Source: Fibrobacterota bacterium (GTDB lineage Bacteria; Fibrobacterota; Fibrobacteria; UBA11236). From it: a stretch of DNA of 64,000 nt. The translations under genes and the position numbers were made by a program. The notes under the pieces were generated by a model that saw only the letters and a list, made by a program, of their open reading frames with translations, was not told the DNA's origin and ran no database searches. The first letter of the stretch is position 1, and each line of letters opens with the position of its first letter. Positions 38,592-48,502 of this stretch are shown here, piece after piece. The stretch covers positions 24,841 to 88,840 of the forward strand of contig JAYUVP010000098.1 in NCBI GenBank assembly GCA_043753995.1, given 5' to 3'.

Positions 38592-39053
38592 GTGCTTTCG
38601 AAAAAAACCATTTATGCCATCAAGGCATTGCAATACTTGGCCCGCAAGCATAAAAGCGGGCCGGTGCTCATCGCCGAAATCGCCGAGCAAGAATCCATCC
38701 CGCAAAAATTCCTGGAGTTGATTCTCCTGGAGCTGAAAAAAGACGGCGTTCTCGACAGCAAAAAAGGCAAGGGCGGCGGGTATATGCTGGCTCGCCCCGC
38801 CGACAGCATTACTTTGGGGCAAATCATTCGCAAAATGGACGGGCCTTTGGCCTTGCGTCCTTGCGTGAGCCAGACCGCCTATCGCCGCTGCGACGAATGC
38901 AAGGACGAAGTCACTTGCGGCATTCGCATGGCGATGAAGGAAGTGCGCGATCGCACCGCAGAAATTTTAGATCGCACCTCGCTCGCGCAAATCAATGATG
39001 CCGCCAAAGCCGCGCAGGCCAATCGCGGTGGCATACTCGACTATTCGATTTGA
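38592..39053 (+). CDS. Rrf2 family transcriptional regulator (cysteine/sulfur regulon type)
   Basis: LSKKTIYAIKAL, IAEIAEQESIPQKFLELIL, SKKGKGGGY and a Cys cluster PC..RRCDEC..EVTC. Lies upstream of cysK. Confidence 0.92.
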   Translation: MLSKKTIYAIKALQYLARKHKSGPVLIAEIAEQESIPQKFLELILLELKKDGVLDSKKGKGGGYMLARPADSITLGQIIRKMDGPLALRPCVSQTAYRRCDECKDEVTCGIRMAMKEVRDRTAEILDRTSLAQINDAAKAAQANRGGILDYSI

Positions 39054-39077
39054 TCCTTTCCATCACCCGGAGGCCTT

Positions 39078-40058
39078 ATGGCAAACTGGTTCGCTGACAA
39101 CTCTCTCTCCATCGGCAATACGCCCCTCGTCAAACTCAATCGCGTCACCGATGGCGCTCAAGCCACCGTGCTGGCGAAAATCGAAGGGCGCAATCCGGCT
39201 TATTCGGTGAAATGCCGCATTGGCGCGGCCATGATTTGGGATGCGGAAAAGCGCGGATTACTCGGCCCTGGCAAGGAATTGATTGAGCCCACGAGCGGGA
39301 ATACCGGCATAGCGCTCGCCTTCGTGGCAGCGGCACGCGGCATACCCCTGACGCTCACCATGCCCGAAACCATGAGCATCGAACGCCGCAAGCTTTTGCT
39401 GGCCTATGGTGCCAAGCTCATTTTGACCGAAGGCCCCAAGGGTATGCCCGGCGCCATCGCCAAGGCCGAGGAAATCGCCGCCACCGATTCGAAATACGTG
39501 CTCTTGCAGCAATTCAAGAATCCCGCCAATCCGGCCATTCATGAAAGCACCACCGGCCCGGAAATCTGGAATGGCACCGATGGCGCCATCGACATTTTCG
39601 TTTCGGGCGTGGGCACGGGCGGCACTTTGACCGGCGTGTCACGCTACATCAAGCACACCAAGAAAAAAGCCATTCATACCGTCGCCGTCGAACCCTCGGC
39701 AAGCCCGGTGATTACGCAAACCCGCAATGGCGAAGCGCCCAAGCCCTCGCCGCATAAGATTCAAGGCATAGGCGCGGGTTTTGTGCCGGGTAACCTGGAT
39801 ATGACCCTGGTCGATAGCGTCGAGCAGGTGAGCAATGAAGAGGCCATGGAATTCGCGCGCCGCCTTGCCAAAGAAGAAGGCATACTCTCGGGCATTTCCT
39901 GCGGAGCCGCGGTCGCCGTCGCCGTGCGTCTCGCCAAGCGCCCGGAAAATAAGGGCAAGACTCTAGTGGTTGTGTTACCCGATTCGGGCGAGCGTTATCT
40001 CAGCACCTTGCTTTTCGAGGGTTACTTCGACGCTACGGGCAATCCATTGCCGGCCTAA
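39078..40058 (+). CDS. cysK: Cysteine synthase A (O-acetylserine sulfhydrylase)
   Basis: [37 protein letters not shown] and [10 protein letters not shown] motifs. Confidence 0.97.
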   Translation: MANWFADNSLSIGNTPLVKLNRVTDGAQATVLAKIEGRNPAYSVKCRIGAAMIWDAEKRGLLGPGKELIEPTSGNTGIALAFVAAARGIPLTLTMPETMSIERRKLLLAYGAKLILTEGPKGMPGAIAKAEEIAATDSKYVLLQQFKNPANPAIHESTTGPEIWNGTDGAIDIFVSGVGTGGTLTGVSRYIKHTKKKAIHTVAVEPSASPVITQTRNGEAPKPSPHKIQGIGAGFVPGNLDMTLVDSVEQVSNEEAMEFARRLAKEEGILSGISCGAAVAVAVRLAKRPENKGKTLVVVLPDSGERYLSTLLFEGYFDATGNPLPA

Positions 40059-40080
40059 ACTTTGTTTTTAAAATCTCCCT

Positions 40081-40728
40081 ATGACTTCTTTCTCCCTCGT
40101 CATTTTCGATTGCGATGGTGTTTTGGTGGACAGCGAAAGCATTGCCGCCCGCACCCTCTCGCGCTTATTGACCCGGTTGGGTTGGGCCATCACCGCTCCC
40201 GAAGTCACCGAGCGCTTCAAGGGTAAATCCCTGGCTGACACCGTGCGCCTGGTGGAAGAGCATTTGGGTCCTTCTTTGCCGGCAACCTGGCTTTATGACT
40301 TGGCCATGTTCACGGCCCTCGATTTTGCGAAAGACTTGCGGCCGATACCGGGCGTGCGAGAATTATTGCTGAACTTGCAAAGCCAGAGCCGGCCTTTTTG
40401 CCTGGCTTCGCAGAGCACGCCCGAGCGCATTGAATTGAGTTTGCGCCTCGCCGATTTGTTTTCGTTTTTTCCAAACCGATTCTTCAGCGCCACCCAGGTG
40501 GAAAGAGGCAAGCCCTTTCCCGACCTTTATTTGCTGGCTGCGCAGGTGATGAAGACGCGGCCTGCGGACTGCCTGGTCATTGAAGATTCGCCCACCGGGG
40601 TGGTTGCGGGGGTTAACGCCGGCATGACGGTGTGGGGATATGCCGGGCCGGGTGGGGGAAATGCCGAAGCTCTCGCAGCAGCAGGCGCGAAGGTATTCAC
40701 GTCGATGCATGATTTGGCCATTCCGTAA
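40081..40728 (+). CDS. HAD-superfamily hydrolase (subfamily IA)
   Basis: IFDCDGVLVDSE, GKPFPDLY and VIEDSPTG motifs. Confidence 0.92.
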   Translation: MTSFSLVIFDCDGVLVDSESIAARTLSRLLTRLGWAITAPEVTERFKGKSLADTVRLVEEHLGPSLPATWLYDLAMFTALDFAKDLRPIPGVRELLLNLQSQSRPFCLASQSTPERIELSLRLADLFSFFPNRFFSATQVERGKPFPDLYLLAAQVMKTRPADCLVIEDSPTGVVAGVNAGMTVWGYAGPGGGNAEALAAAGAKVFTSMHDLAIP

Positions 40729-40879
40729 AGGCGCAATCGAATCGAAACAAGTTTTCGGAAACCCGTTTGAAAACCGTCTTCTTATAATCCGTATCAACTT
40801 CAGATCAAAAAACGCAAAAGCGTAACCGATATTTACCCCCACTCGTTCGAATCACTTCGACGAAACCGGGAGGTAAGAG

Positions 40880-43800
40880 ATGCGGGTTAGAGAGAATCGT
40901 TTTCTGTTCGCCGCCATTGCGCTGGCTGCCGGAGTAGGCAGTCCAGCCATTGCGGCGTCTGATGTGGTCATCAGCCAGATCTATGGCGGCGGAGGGAATT
41001 CCGGCGCCACCTTGCGAAATGACTTTATTGAGCTGCACAATCGCAGCGCCAATCCCATCGACCTCACGGGTTGGTCGGTGCAATACGCTTCAGCGACGGG
41101 CACCACCTGGTCGCGCACCTTGCTTACAGGCAGCATTGCTGCTGGAGGTTATTACCTGGTTCAGGAGGCGCAGGGCGCGGGTGGCACGGTTGCTTTGCCC
41201 ACCCCCGATGCCATCGGAACCCTTGCTATGTCGGCAACGGCGGGAAAGGTGGCCTTGTCGAATTCCGGTACGGCACTCTCAGGCGCCTGCCCCGCGGGCA
41301 TGATCGATTGGATTGGTTTCGGCACGGCCAATTGCTTTGAAGGATCGGGCGCCGCGGCCGCGCTGACCAATACCACGGCCTCCTTGCGTGGCGCTTCGGG
41401 TTGTGATGATGCCGACAATAATGCGGCAGATTTCGCGTCCGGCACCCCGAATCCCCGTAACTCCGCCGCTACGGCATTCGCTTGTGGCGCCGATGCCGCT
41501 CCCCAGGTCTCCTCCATGTCGCCGCCACCCTCCAGCGGTAGCGCGGCTCCGAACACTAACATTGTCATCACCTTTAATGAGCCCGTGGCCGTGGCTGGTT
41601 CGTGGTTTCAAATATCGGGAACGCTTAGCGGCGGCGTTTCGGCGACGGTTGCAGGTGGCCCTCAGGTTTTCACCTTGAATCCCGATCTTGACTTCATTCC
41701 AGGGGAAAACGTGACAGTGACCGTATTGGCCGCTTCGGTTTCGGATCTGGACACCCTGGATCCTCCTAACCAACCTATCGCCAATTTCGTCGGCACCTTC
41801 ACGGTCTTCTCGCCTGTCCGCATCGCGACGATTCAAGGCATGTCGCATACCTCACCCCTGGTCGGCCAAAACGTCGCGGGTGTCGAGGGTGTAGTCACGG
41901 TCCTGCGTACCAATGGTTTCTATCTGCAAGACACCTTGCCCGATGCCAATCCCGCTACTTCCGAAGCCATTTTTGTCTTCACCAGCACGGTGCCCACCGT
42001 GCTTGTCGGGGATGCCGTGACGGTGAGCGGACAGGTCGCCGAATTCCGTGCTGGAGGCAGTAGCGGAACCAATAATCTCACCCTGACCGAATTGGTTTCT
42101 CCCGTGGTGCAGGTGATTTCTTCGGGACATACCCTGCCCGCCGCCCAAGTCCTCGGGCAAGCGGGACGCATTCCCCCTGGAGAAATTATTGACAATGATG
42201 CCGGTGGTAATGTTGAAACTGGCGGATCCTTCGACGTAAGCCAGGATGGCATTGATTTCTATGAGAGCCTCGAAAGCATGCGCGTGCAAGTAAATCAGCC
42301 TGTTGTCGTGGGTCCCCGCAACGATTTCGGTGAATTCCTGGTAGTGGGTGATTCGGGTGCCTTGGCCTCACTGCGCACCCCTCGCGGAGGCGTAAAGGTA
42401 CGCGCGACGGATTTCAATCCCGAGCGCATCATGGTGGATGACGCCTTGGTTGCCACCCCTTTGGTCAATGTGGGCGATGCCTTTGACGGCCCCATCCTCG
42501 GTGTGCTGGATTATCAATTCGCCAATTTTAAAATCATCCCCACCAGCTTGCCCAATCGCATTGTCGGCCCCTTGGTGAAGGAAGTTTCTTCCGCGACCTG
42601 CGCAGGTCAATTGACCGTGGCCACCTTTAATGTCGAGAATCTCGATCCTTCCGACCCGCAAGCGAAATTCGACAGCCTCGCGGTCGCCATCGTTTCGAAT
42701 TTGCGCTCGCCCATGGTGATTGCCCTCGAAGAAATGCAGGACAATACCGGAGCGGTGAATGACGGCGTGGTGGATGCCTCAGTCACTGCCGCGCGTCTTA
42801 TCGCCGCCGTGCAGGCCGCAGGCGGCCCAATCTATACCTACACGGAAATTGTGCCACAGGAAATGCAGGATGGTGGCGAACCAGGGGGTAACATTCGCGT
42901 TGCCTTCCTGTATCAAGCCGGCAATGGCTTGAGCTTCGTATCGCGCCCGGGCGGAACCTCCACCAATGCGGTGCAAGCCCAGGCCGCTCCTGGCGGCGGC
43001 GTGCGTCTCAATTTCAGCCCGGGCCGCATCGACCCCCTGAATCCCGCTTTCAATAATAGCCGCAAGCCCTTGGTCGGCGAATTCCTGTATAAGAGCAGGA
43101 CCTTTTTCTTCATCGCCAATCATTTCAATTCCAAAGGCGGTGACCAACCCCTGTTCGGACGGTTTCAGCCCCCGGTTCTCAGCTCCGAAGCGCAGCGAAT
43201 ACAACAAGCCCAGGCGGTGCGGAGTTTCGTGCAGTCGGTATTGAGCCTGGACCCGAATGCGCGCATTGTCGTACTCGGTGACTTCAATGATTTCGAATTC
43301 TCGGCTCCTTTGCAAACCCTGAAAAGCGCTCCTCTGGTCGACCTCATTGAGATCTTGCCCGAAGGCGAGCGATACAGCTATGTGTATGAAGGCAATTCCC
43401 AGGCTCTCGATCACATACTGGTCAGCCCATTCCTTGCGCAACAGCCCGCCAACTTTTATGACGTGGTTCACGTGAATTCCGAATTCGCCGACCAAGTCAG
43501 CGATCATGAACCCCAGCGCGCCTGTTTCGACAAGGGATTGATAGCCGATGCGGGTTTAACCAAGCAGGAATTGCTGGAGTCGTATAGCCGTCCGCTTTTC
43601 GGCATGAGCGCTCCATTGGCCGCTTCCGCACCCGCTTCGGTGGTGCAATACCGCACGCCAGCACAAACGGCCGGAGATCAAGTCGCCTTGGCCCCTGGCC
43701 TTGCCGCCGCCTATCTCACTCGCAGCATTGGTAATTCGGCGGATCAATTCGCTTTCTGGCCGAATGCGACCCAACCCACCCATGCGATTTTCTGCATCGA

Positions 43801-44947
43801 GGACGATCGTGAGGTGATTGGAACCTTTCCGAATACCTTGCCCAAGTACAACCCTTCGGTGCAGCGCGTGGATCGCAATGGCAATGTGCAGACCATTCTT
43901 CGCGGCATGACCTCATGCGATGGCATCATTACGACAGCATGGGGCACCGTGCTTGCCACCGAAGAAGAAGAGGATGGTGGTGCTTATGAAATTTTGAATC
44001 CGCTCACGACCACGAATTTCACCGTGCAAGACCGGACCACGGGGGTGATACTCGACTCCAATGGCAATGTGCAATCCACTCGGATTGCCAAACGGCAAGC
44101 GCTTCCCACCATTTCCTGGGAAGGGATTGTGGCTCTTCCTTCCGGCATTCTTTATGGAGGCGATGAATTGCGTCCTGGCACCGATTCCGCGGATCGTGAC
44201 GGCGGCGCCCTGTTCAAATTCATGCCCACCGTGCCAGCCATACCCAATGTCATCATCACAAATTTGAACCAGTCGCCTTTGGTGTCTGGATCGGTTCATG
44301 CGCTTCAGGTCTCTTGCATAGGCAATGGTCAACAAGCCGGCCAGGGCTGCGAAGTCGGCAATGCCGCTTGGTTGCCGGTCTTGCCCGCCACGGCCAGGCT
44401 CGACGCTCACCGTCTCGGCGCGACCGGATATTACCGGCCGGAAGACATGGATAAGGATCCCATTTATTCCGACTCTTTGAATCCCACGGCGATTCGGTTT
44501 TGCTGGACCAATACCCAGAATGAAGGCGCCCAAAGTTATGGCGAAGTGATGTGCGCCGTCGACCGTAGCCCGGCGGTGGCCTCGAATACCCAGCGCACCG
44601 TGGTCCTCAACCGCTTCATCACGGGCGATAAGGATTTCAATTCCTTCGACAATATCGCCTTTCAGCCCGGCACGGGAATTCTATATGTGATCGAAGATCA
44701 CAATAATGGGGATATCTTCGCTTGCCTCACGGATGGCGCGGATCGCGACAATAAGACCGATGGTTGCATCAAGGTTCTTTCCGTCAAGGAATCGGGTGCC
44801 GAGCCCACGGGCTTCGCCTTTTTAGGCGACGGAAAATCGGCTGTGCTTTCCATTCAACATTCCAATGACAGCCAGATGCCTTTAGTCGACGACTATGGCA
44901 CCGACGACATCCTTCATATCACCGGCTTCCAGGCTATTGCGCCATGA
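40880..44947 (+). CDS. Secreted multidomain protein: lamin-tail + Ig-like + OB-fold + EEP (ExeM/NucH-like) nuclease + PhoX/DUF839-like phosphatase
   Basis: LTD: VVISQIYGGGG..DFIELHN. OB: GFYLQD..SEAIFV. EEP: ATFNVENL, ANHFNSK, LGDFND, LDHIL, SDHEP. PhoX-like: CDG..WGT.LATEE, RPED, DNIAF, EPTG, IQH. Confidence 0.85.
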   Translation: MRVRENRFLFAAIALAAGVGSPAIAASDVVISQIYGGGGNSGATLRNDFIELHNRSANPIDLTGWSVQYASATGTTWSRTLLTGSIAAGGYYLVQEAQGAGGTVALPTPDAIGTLAMSATAGKVALSNSGTALSGACPAGMIDWIGFGTANCFEGSGAAAALTNTTASLRGASGCDDADNNAADFASGTPNPRNSAATAFACGADAAPQVSSMSPPPSSGSAAPNTNIVITFNEPVAVAGSWFQISGTLSGGVSATVAGGPQVFTLNPDLDFIPGENVTVTVLAASVSDLDTLDPPNQPIANFVGTFTVFSPVRIATIQGMSHTSPLVGQNVAGVEGVVTVLRTNGFYLQDTLPDANPATSEAIFVFTSTVPTVLVGDAVTVSGQVAEFRAGGSSGTNNLTLTELVSPVVQVISSGHTLPAAQVLGQAGRIPPGEIIDNDAGGNVETGGSFDVSQDGIDFYESLESMRVQVNQPVVVGPRNDFGEFLVVGDSGALASLRTPRGGVKVRATDFNPERIMVDDALVATPLVNVGDAFDGPILGVLDYQFANFKIIPTSLPNRIVGPLVKEVSSATCAGQLTVATFNVENLDPSDPQAKFDSLAVAIVSNLRSPMVIALEEMQDNTGAVNDGVVDASVTAARLIAAVQAAGGPIYTYTEIVPQEMQDGGEPGGNIRVAFLYQAGNGLSFVSRPGGTSTNAVQAQAAPGGGVRLNFSPGRIDPLNPAFNNSRKPLVGEFLYKSRTFFFIANHFNSKGGDQPLFGRFQPPVLSSEAQRIQQAQAVRSFVQSVLSLDPNARIVVLGDFNDFEFSAPLQTLKSAPLVDLIEILPEGERYSYVYEGNSQALDHILVSPFLAQQPANFYDVVHVNSEFADQVSDHEPQRACFDKGLIADAGLTKQELLESYSRPLFGMSAPLAASAPASVVQYRTPAQTAGDQVALAPGLAAAYLTRSIGNSADQFAFWPNATQPTHAIFCIEDDREVIGTFPNTLPKYNPSVQRVDRNGNVQTILRGMTSCDGIITTAWGTVLATEEEEDGGAYEILNPLTTTNFTVQDRTTGVILDSNGNVQSTRIAKRQALPTISWEGIVALPSGILYGGDELRPGTDSADRDGGALFKFMPTVPAIPNVIITNLNQSPLVSGSVHALQVSCIGNGQQAGQGCEVGNAAWLPVLPATARLDAHRLGATGYYRPEDMDKDPIYSDSLNPTAIRFCWTNTQNEGAQSYGEVMCAVDRSPAVASNTQRTVVLNRFITGDKDFNSFDNIAFQPGTGILYVIEDHNNGDIFACLTDGADRDNKTDGCIKVLSVKESGAEPTGFAFLGDGKSAVLSIQHSNDSQMPLVDDYGTDDILHITGFQAIAP

Positions 44948-45003
44948 ACAGCCATCCAGAAATCAATCCAAAAGCAACCGGAAACCAAAACAGGAGAATG
45001 AAA

Positions 45004-46485
45004 ATGCTTCAGCCATCCTATAGCAGGATACTCGCGGCTAGCACGCTCTTAGGCGGACTGGCGGCCCAAAACATCTTGGCCATCGATGCCGGACTTTATT
45101 ATCAACAGCAATTGCATGCCTATAGCCGTACGCTCTTCGGAATCAATGGCCCACTGCCGGCCAGCGCTCCCATTGTCGCGCAGCCTTATCGCTTGCCAGT
45201 GCAGAGTGCATCCGATCAAGTCGCCTTGGCGCCAGGTCTCAATGCGGCTTATCTCACCCGCAAAGTGGCCAATGCCGCGGACATGTTTGCCTTTTGGCCC
45301 GACGCGGCCAATCCGACCCATGTCTTTTTCTGCATTGAAGGGGGGCGAGAAGTCATTGGAACATTCTCGACTAGCCAGACCAAGTACAATCCCTCGGTGC
45401 AGCGCATCGACAGGAATGGAAATGTGGAAACCTTACTTCGGGGCATGTCCGGCTGCGACGGCATTCGGCTCACTCCTTGGGGCACACTCTTGGCGACGGA
45501 AGAAGAGGATGATGGCGGAGCTTATGAGATTCTCAATCCCATGACCATCACCAATTTCACGGTTCAAGATCGCGCCACGGGAAATATCGTCGACACCAAT
45601 GGACTGCCGCAATCCACTCGTATCGCCAAACGCACGGCACTCCCGGTCATGGCCTGGGAAGGCCTTACCGTGCAGCCCTCGGGCGTAATCATCGGTGGTG
45701 ATGAATTGCGGCCCGGTACCGGTGCGCCGGATGCCGATGGCGGCTCCCTGTTCAAGTTCGTCCCCACGAATCCCGCCGTCGGATTGACGTCCATATCCCA
45801 ATTGTCCGAATCGCCGCTGGTCGCTGGCACCGTGCATGCCTTGCAAGTTTCTTGCGTGGGAGGCACCCAGCAATTTGGTCAAGGTTGTGAAGTCGGTAAT
45901 GCTTCCTGGATCCCTGTTTCGGCCGCTAGAGCGCGGGCGTATGCCGACTCCCTGGGCGCGACCGGTTATTATCGCCCCGAGGATTTAGAGCAAGACCCTG
46001 TCTTTGTGGATACGGCCAATCCCCAGGCTATACGTTTTTGCTGGACCAATACCCAGAACGAAGGCGCGCAAAGCTACGGAGAAGTTCTTTGCGCGGTGGA
46101 CCGAAATCCTTTGACAGCTTCCGCGACCCAAAGGACGGTCACGGTTTCGCGTTTCCTCGAAGGCGACAAGGACTTCAACTCCCTCGACAATATTGCCTTT
46201 CAACCCATAACCGGAATACTCTATGTGATCGAGGATCATGACAATGGAGATATTTTCGCTTGCTTGCCAGATGGTGCCGATCGCGATCTCCAAACGGATG
46301 GCTGTATGAAGGTGCTCTCGGTCAAGGACACCAAGGCGGAACCCACGGGTTTTGGCTTTACCGCCGATGGCCGCAGCGCTGTGCTTTCGATTCAGCATAG
46401 CAATGACGGTAGCATGCCCTCCCAGGATGGGTATCCGACGGATGACATCCTCTTCATTTCGGGTTTTCAAATACCGGTTAAGTAA
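45004..46485 (+). CDS. Secreted PhoX/DUF839-like alkaline phosphatase, paralog of the preceding gene's C-terminal domain
   Basis: Same PhoX-like motifs and high identity to 43540-44947. ATG 45004 is well spaced from an AGGAG SD. Has a signal peptide. Confidence 0.8.
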   Translation: MLQPSYSRILAASTLLGGLAAQNILAIDAGLYYQQQLHAYSRTLFGINGPLPASAPIVAQPYRLPVQSASDQVALAPGLNAAYLTRKVANAADMFAFWPDAANPTHVFFCIEGGREVIGTFSTSQTKYNPSVQRIDRNGNVETLLRGMSGCDGIRLTPWGTLLATEEEDDGGAYEILNPMTITNFTVQDRATGNIVDTNGLPQSTRIAKRTALPVMAWEGLTVQPSGVIIGGDELRPGTGAPDADGGSLFKFVPTNPAVGLTSISQLSESPLVAGTVHALQVSCVGGTQQFGQGCEVGNASWIPVSAARARAYADSLGATGYYRPEDLEQDPVFVDTANPQAIRFCWTNTQNEGAQSYGEVLCAVDRNPLTASATQRTVTVSRFLEGDKDFNSLDNIAFQPITGILYVIEDHDNGDIFACLPDGADRDLQTDGCMKVLSVKDTKAEPTGFGFTADGRSAVLSIQHSNDGSMPSQDGYPTDDILFISGFQIPVK

Positions 46486-46506
46486 TTCGGATAATACCGG
46501 CCCTCG

Positions 46507-46538
46507 GCCTCGCGCTTCGGCGCGGGGCTTTTTCATTT
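46507..46538 (+). terminator. Rho-independent terminator
   Basis: gcctcgcgc-ttcg-gcgcggggc hairpin followed by tttttcattt. Confidence 0.85.
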
Positions 46539-46629
46539 CAGGTGAATTAGGTGGGGGAAAAACGGAGGGGTTTGCGGTGGCAGGCCCGAAAATATTTATG
46601 TCTATGCCGGATTTTCAAACGAGGAAGCC

Positions 46630-47712
46630 ATGTGGCGAGCCATAATGAATTTGATACATGCCATTCTGTCCATTTTCCAAAAGGCGGAGAGAATCTCGCC
46701 ATGGTCTTTGGAAGTGCTTGGGGATTTGCCCGCCGACTTGGATTTGGATGCAGTCATGCAAGGCGGTGGATTATCAAGTGACGGCGCGGCGGCTTGGGTG
46801 GAAAAAAGCGCGAATAAGCCCGGCGTGATTGTTCGCCGCCTGCCAGGGCAAATGCCAGATCGATTGAGCATGTATCAATTGAGCGGAGCCCAAGTTGATT
46901 TGCGAATCGGTAATATGAATGATGCGCATTCCGTGGCGGGGATGGCCATTAGCAACCCGCCAGGATCGACTTGGGGTGTTTTGATTCACGAACAGGGGGG
47001 TCAGGTTTGGCTCAGGCCCTCCTATGACGACGTGACCTATTCCGCGAGTGGCATTGACAATCAAGGTTTTATCGTGGGAAATGGTATCGGAGCCGTGACT
47101 TGGGAAAACGGTATCGCCGAATCCATCAGCATCGATGGAGTTGCCGTATACAGTTTGCTTGCGGCTTCCGTGAGCCCTACCGGGCAACACGTGGCCGGTG
47201 CCTATGTGGGCATCGAGGATAGGCTTCGTTTATTTCCCTGGTATCGTTCCGGGAGCGGCGTTCATCGACTGAAGTATGTCGAGTTCGAGCAGCCTGGAAC
47301 CGCCCACGATATTAATGCCGACGAAATCAGTTGCGGAGAAAATATTGATTCCGCGACAAATTTAAAAATTGCGTGGCGATTCAAGCCCGCCGATGGGAAG
47401 ACAGATTGGCTCAATGGGCTTGACCCTAGCGATCATGTCTGCGCCTTATCCCTGAATGCACCGGGATCGACAGTGGGATATTCGGGCAATAGGGCGGTGT
47501 TTTGGCCTGCTTATTCGGCTCGAAATCCCATACCCCCTATCGACCTGACAGCTCAATTCGGTGATGCGAACTTGGTGCTGGCACGGGCGCTGCGTATCAA
47601 CGATCGAGGCGACATCCTTTGTTTCGGATGGCGCGTCGGGACAGGAGGCGCCAAGGATTACAAAATGTTTTTGGTGCACTCTGCCACCAGGCGCATTCCT
47701 CAATTTGATTGA
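46630..47712 (+). CDS. Hypothetical protein with HAF-like extracellular repeats
   Basis: ASGIDNQGFIVG, ALSLNAPGSTVGYS..RAVFW and ALRINDRGDIL repeats. Confidence 0.6.
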   Translation: MWRAIMNLIHAILSIFQKAERISPWSLEVLGDLPADLDLDAVMQGGGLSSDGAAAWVEKSANKPGVIVRRLPGQMPDRLSMYQLSGAQVDLRIGNMNDAHSVAGMAISNPPGSTWGVLIHEQGGQVWLRPSYDDVTYSASGIDNQGFIVGNGIGAVTWENGIAESISIDGVAVYSLLAASVSPTGQHVAGAYVGIEDRLRLFPWYRSGSGVHRLKYVEFEQPGTAHDINADEISCGENIDSATNLKIAWRFKPADGKTDWLNGLDPSDHVCALSLNAPGSTVGYSGNRAVFWPAYSARNPIPPIDLTAQFGDANLVLARALRINDRGDILCFGWRVGTGGAKDYKMFLVHSATRRIPQFD

Positions 47713-48269
47713 GCAGGTTGCAAGGTTTTCACGAGCCGCGAGGTTTCATAGCCCTGGGTTTGGAGACGCGCAACCAAGCCTTGATAGGTCTCATCGGCCA
47801 AAGCCGACTTGCGCGCAAGAATCCAGAGGTAGTCTCGATTGGGGTGGCCGACGACGGCATACGAATAATCGTCCGCGAGCTGAATCACCCAGTATTCCCC
47901 CCAAAAGGGCCGGAAAAAGCTCACCTCCAATTTCGCATTTGTAACGGTGTCCACGACGCGAGCGCGACCTAGCGCCGACTTTTCTTTTCCGTTCAAAGAA
48001 TCTAAGCGGCAACGATTGAGTACATCGATATCGCCATCCTTGCGAAGCGTGTAGTTCGCCGTAGTGGCGGCGCAGCCTTTCTGAAAGCTCTGCGGAAAAT
48101 GGGCGATCTCATACCAGGTCCCGAGATAACGGGAAAGCTCAACCTTTGGGACCGTTTCGAGTGGAGGCAAGCCCAGCCTTTTAGTCGTGCTTTTCGAACA
48201 TCCGGTGAATAGTATGAGAGTGGCAAACAGGCAGGCAGAAAGCTTAATGGATTGGGATAAAACTCTCAT
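47700..48269 (-). CDS. blc: Outer-membrane lipocalin lipoprotein
   Basis: FTGC lipobox, RYLGTWYEIA, FFRPFWGEYWV and YLWILAR motifs. Confidence 0.93.
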   Translation of the reverse strand: MRVLSQSIKLSACLFATLILFTGCSKSTTKRLGLPPLETVPKVELSRYLGTWYEIAHFPQSFQKGCAATTANYTLRKDGDIDVLNRCRLDSLNGKEKSALGRARVVDTVTNAKLEVSFFRPFWGEYWVIQLADDYSYAVVGHPNRDYLWILARKSALADETYQGLVARLQTQGYETSRLVKTLQPAQSN

Positions 48270-48502
48270 TTGAGCTTCCTCATTTTTCTAACCCGAGGGT
48301 TTGCTTTAGTGCATATCAAAACCTAGTTCGACCCGTGTATATGCCGTTATAGGCACTATCCCACCTGCTCCGGACAAAGCGAAAGCATTTAAGGGTAGGG
48401 GACTAGAGTAATGGGTTACTGTGCGTATTTGGCAATGGATTTGCCAATGCTACATGCGCTTCAGCGCCTGGACCGGGGGCGCTCTTTCAACAGGAGTTCA
48501 GG

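Noticed and set aside
43540-46485. Duplicated region as an assembly duplication or TR/VR pair
   Set aside because: The copies differ throughout, largely at synonymous positions, as expected of true paralogs.
48416-48437. gttac-N12-gcaat upstream of the amylase as a fourth palindrome
   Set aside because: Only 3/5 match in the right arm, which is compatible with chance.
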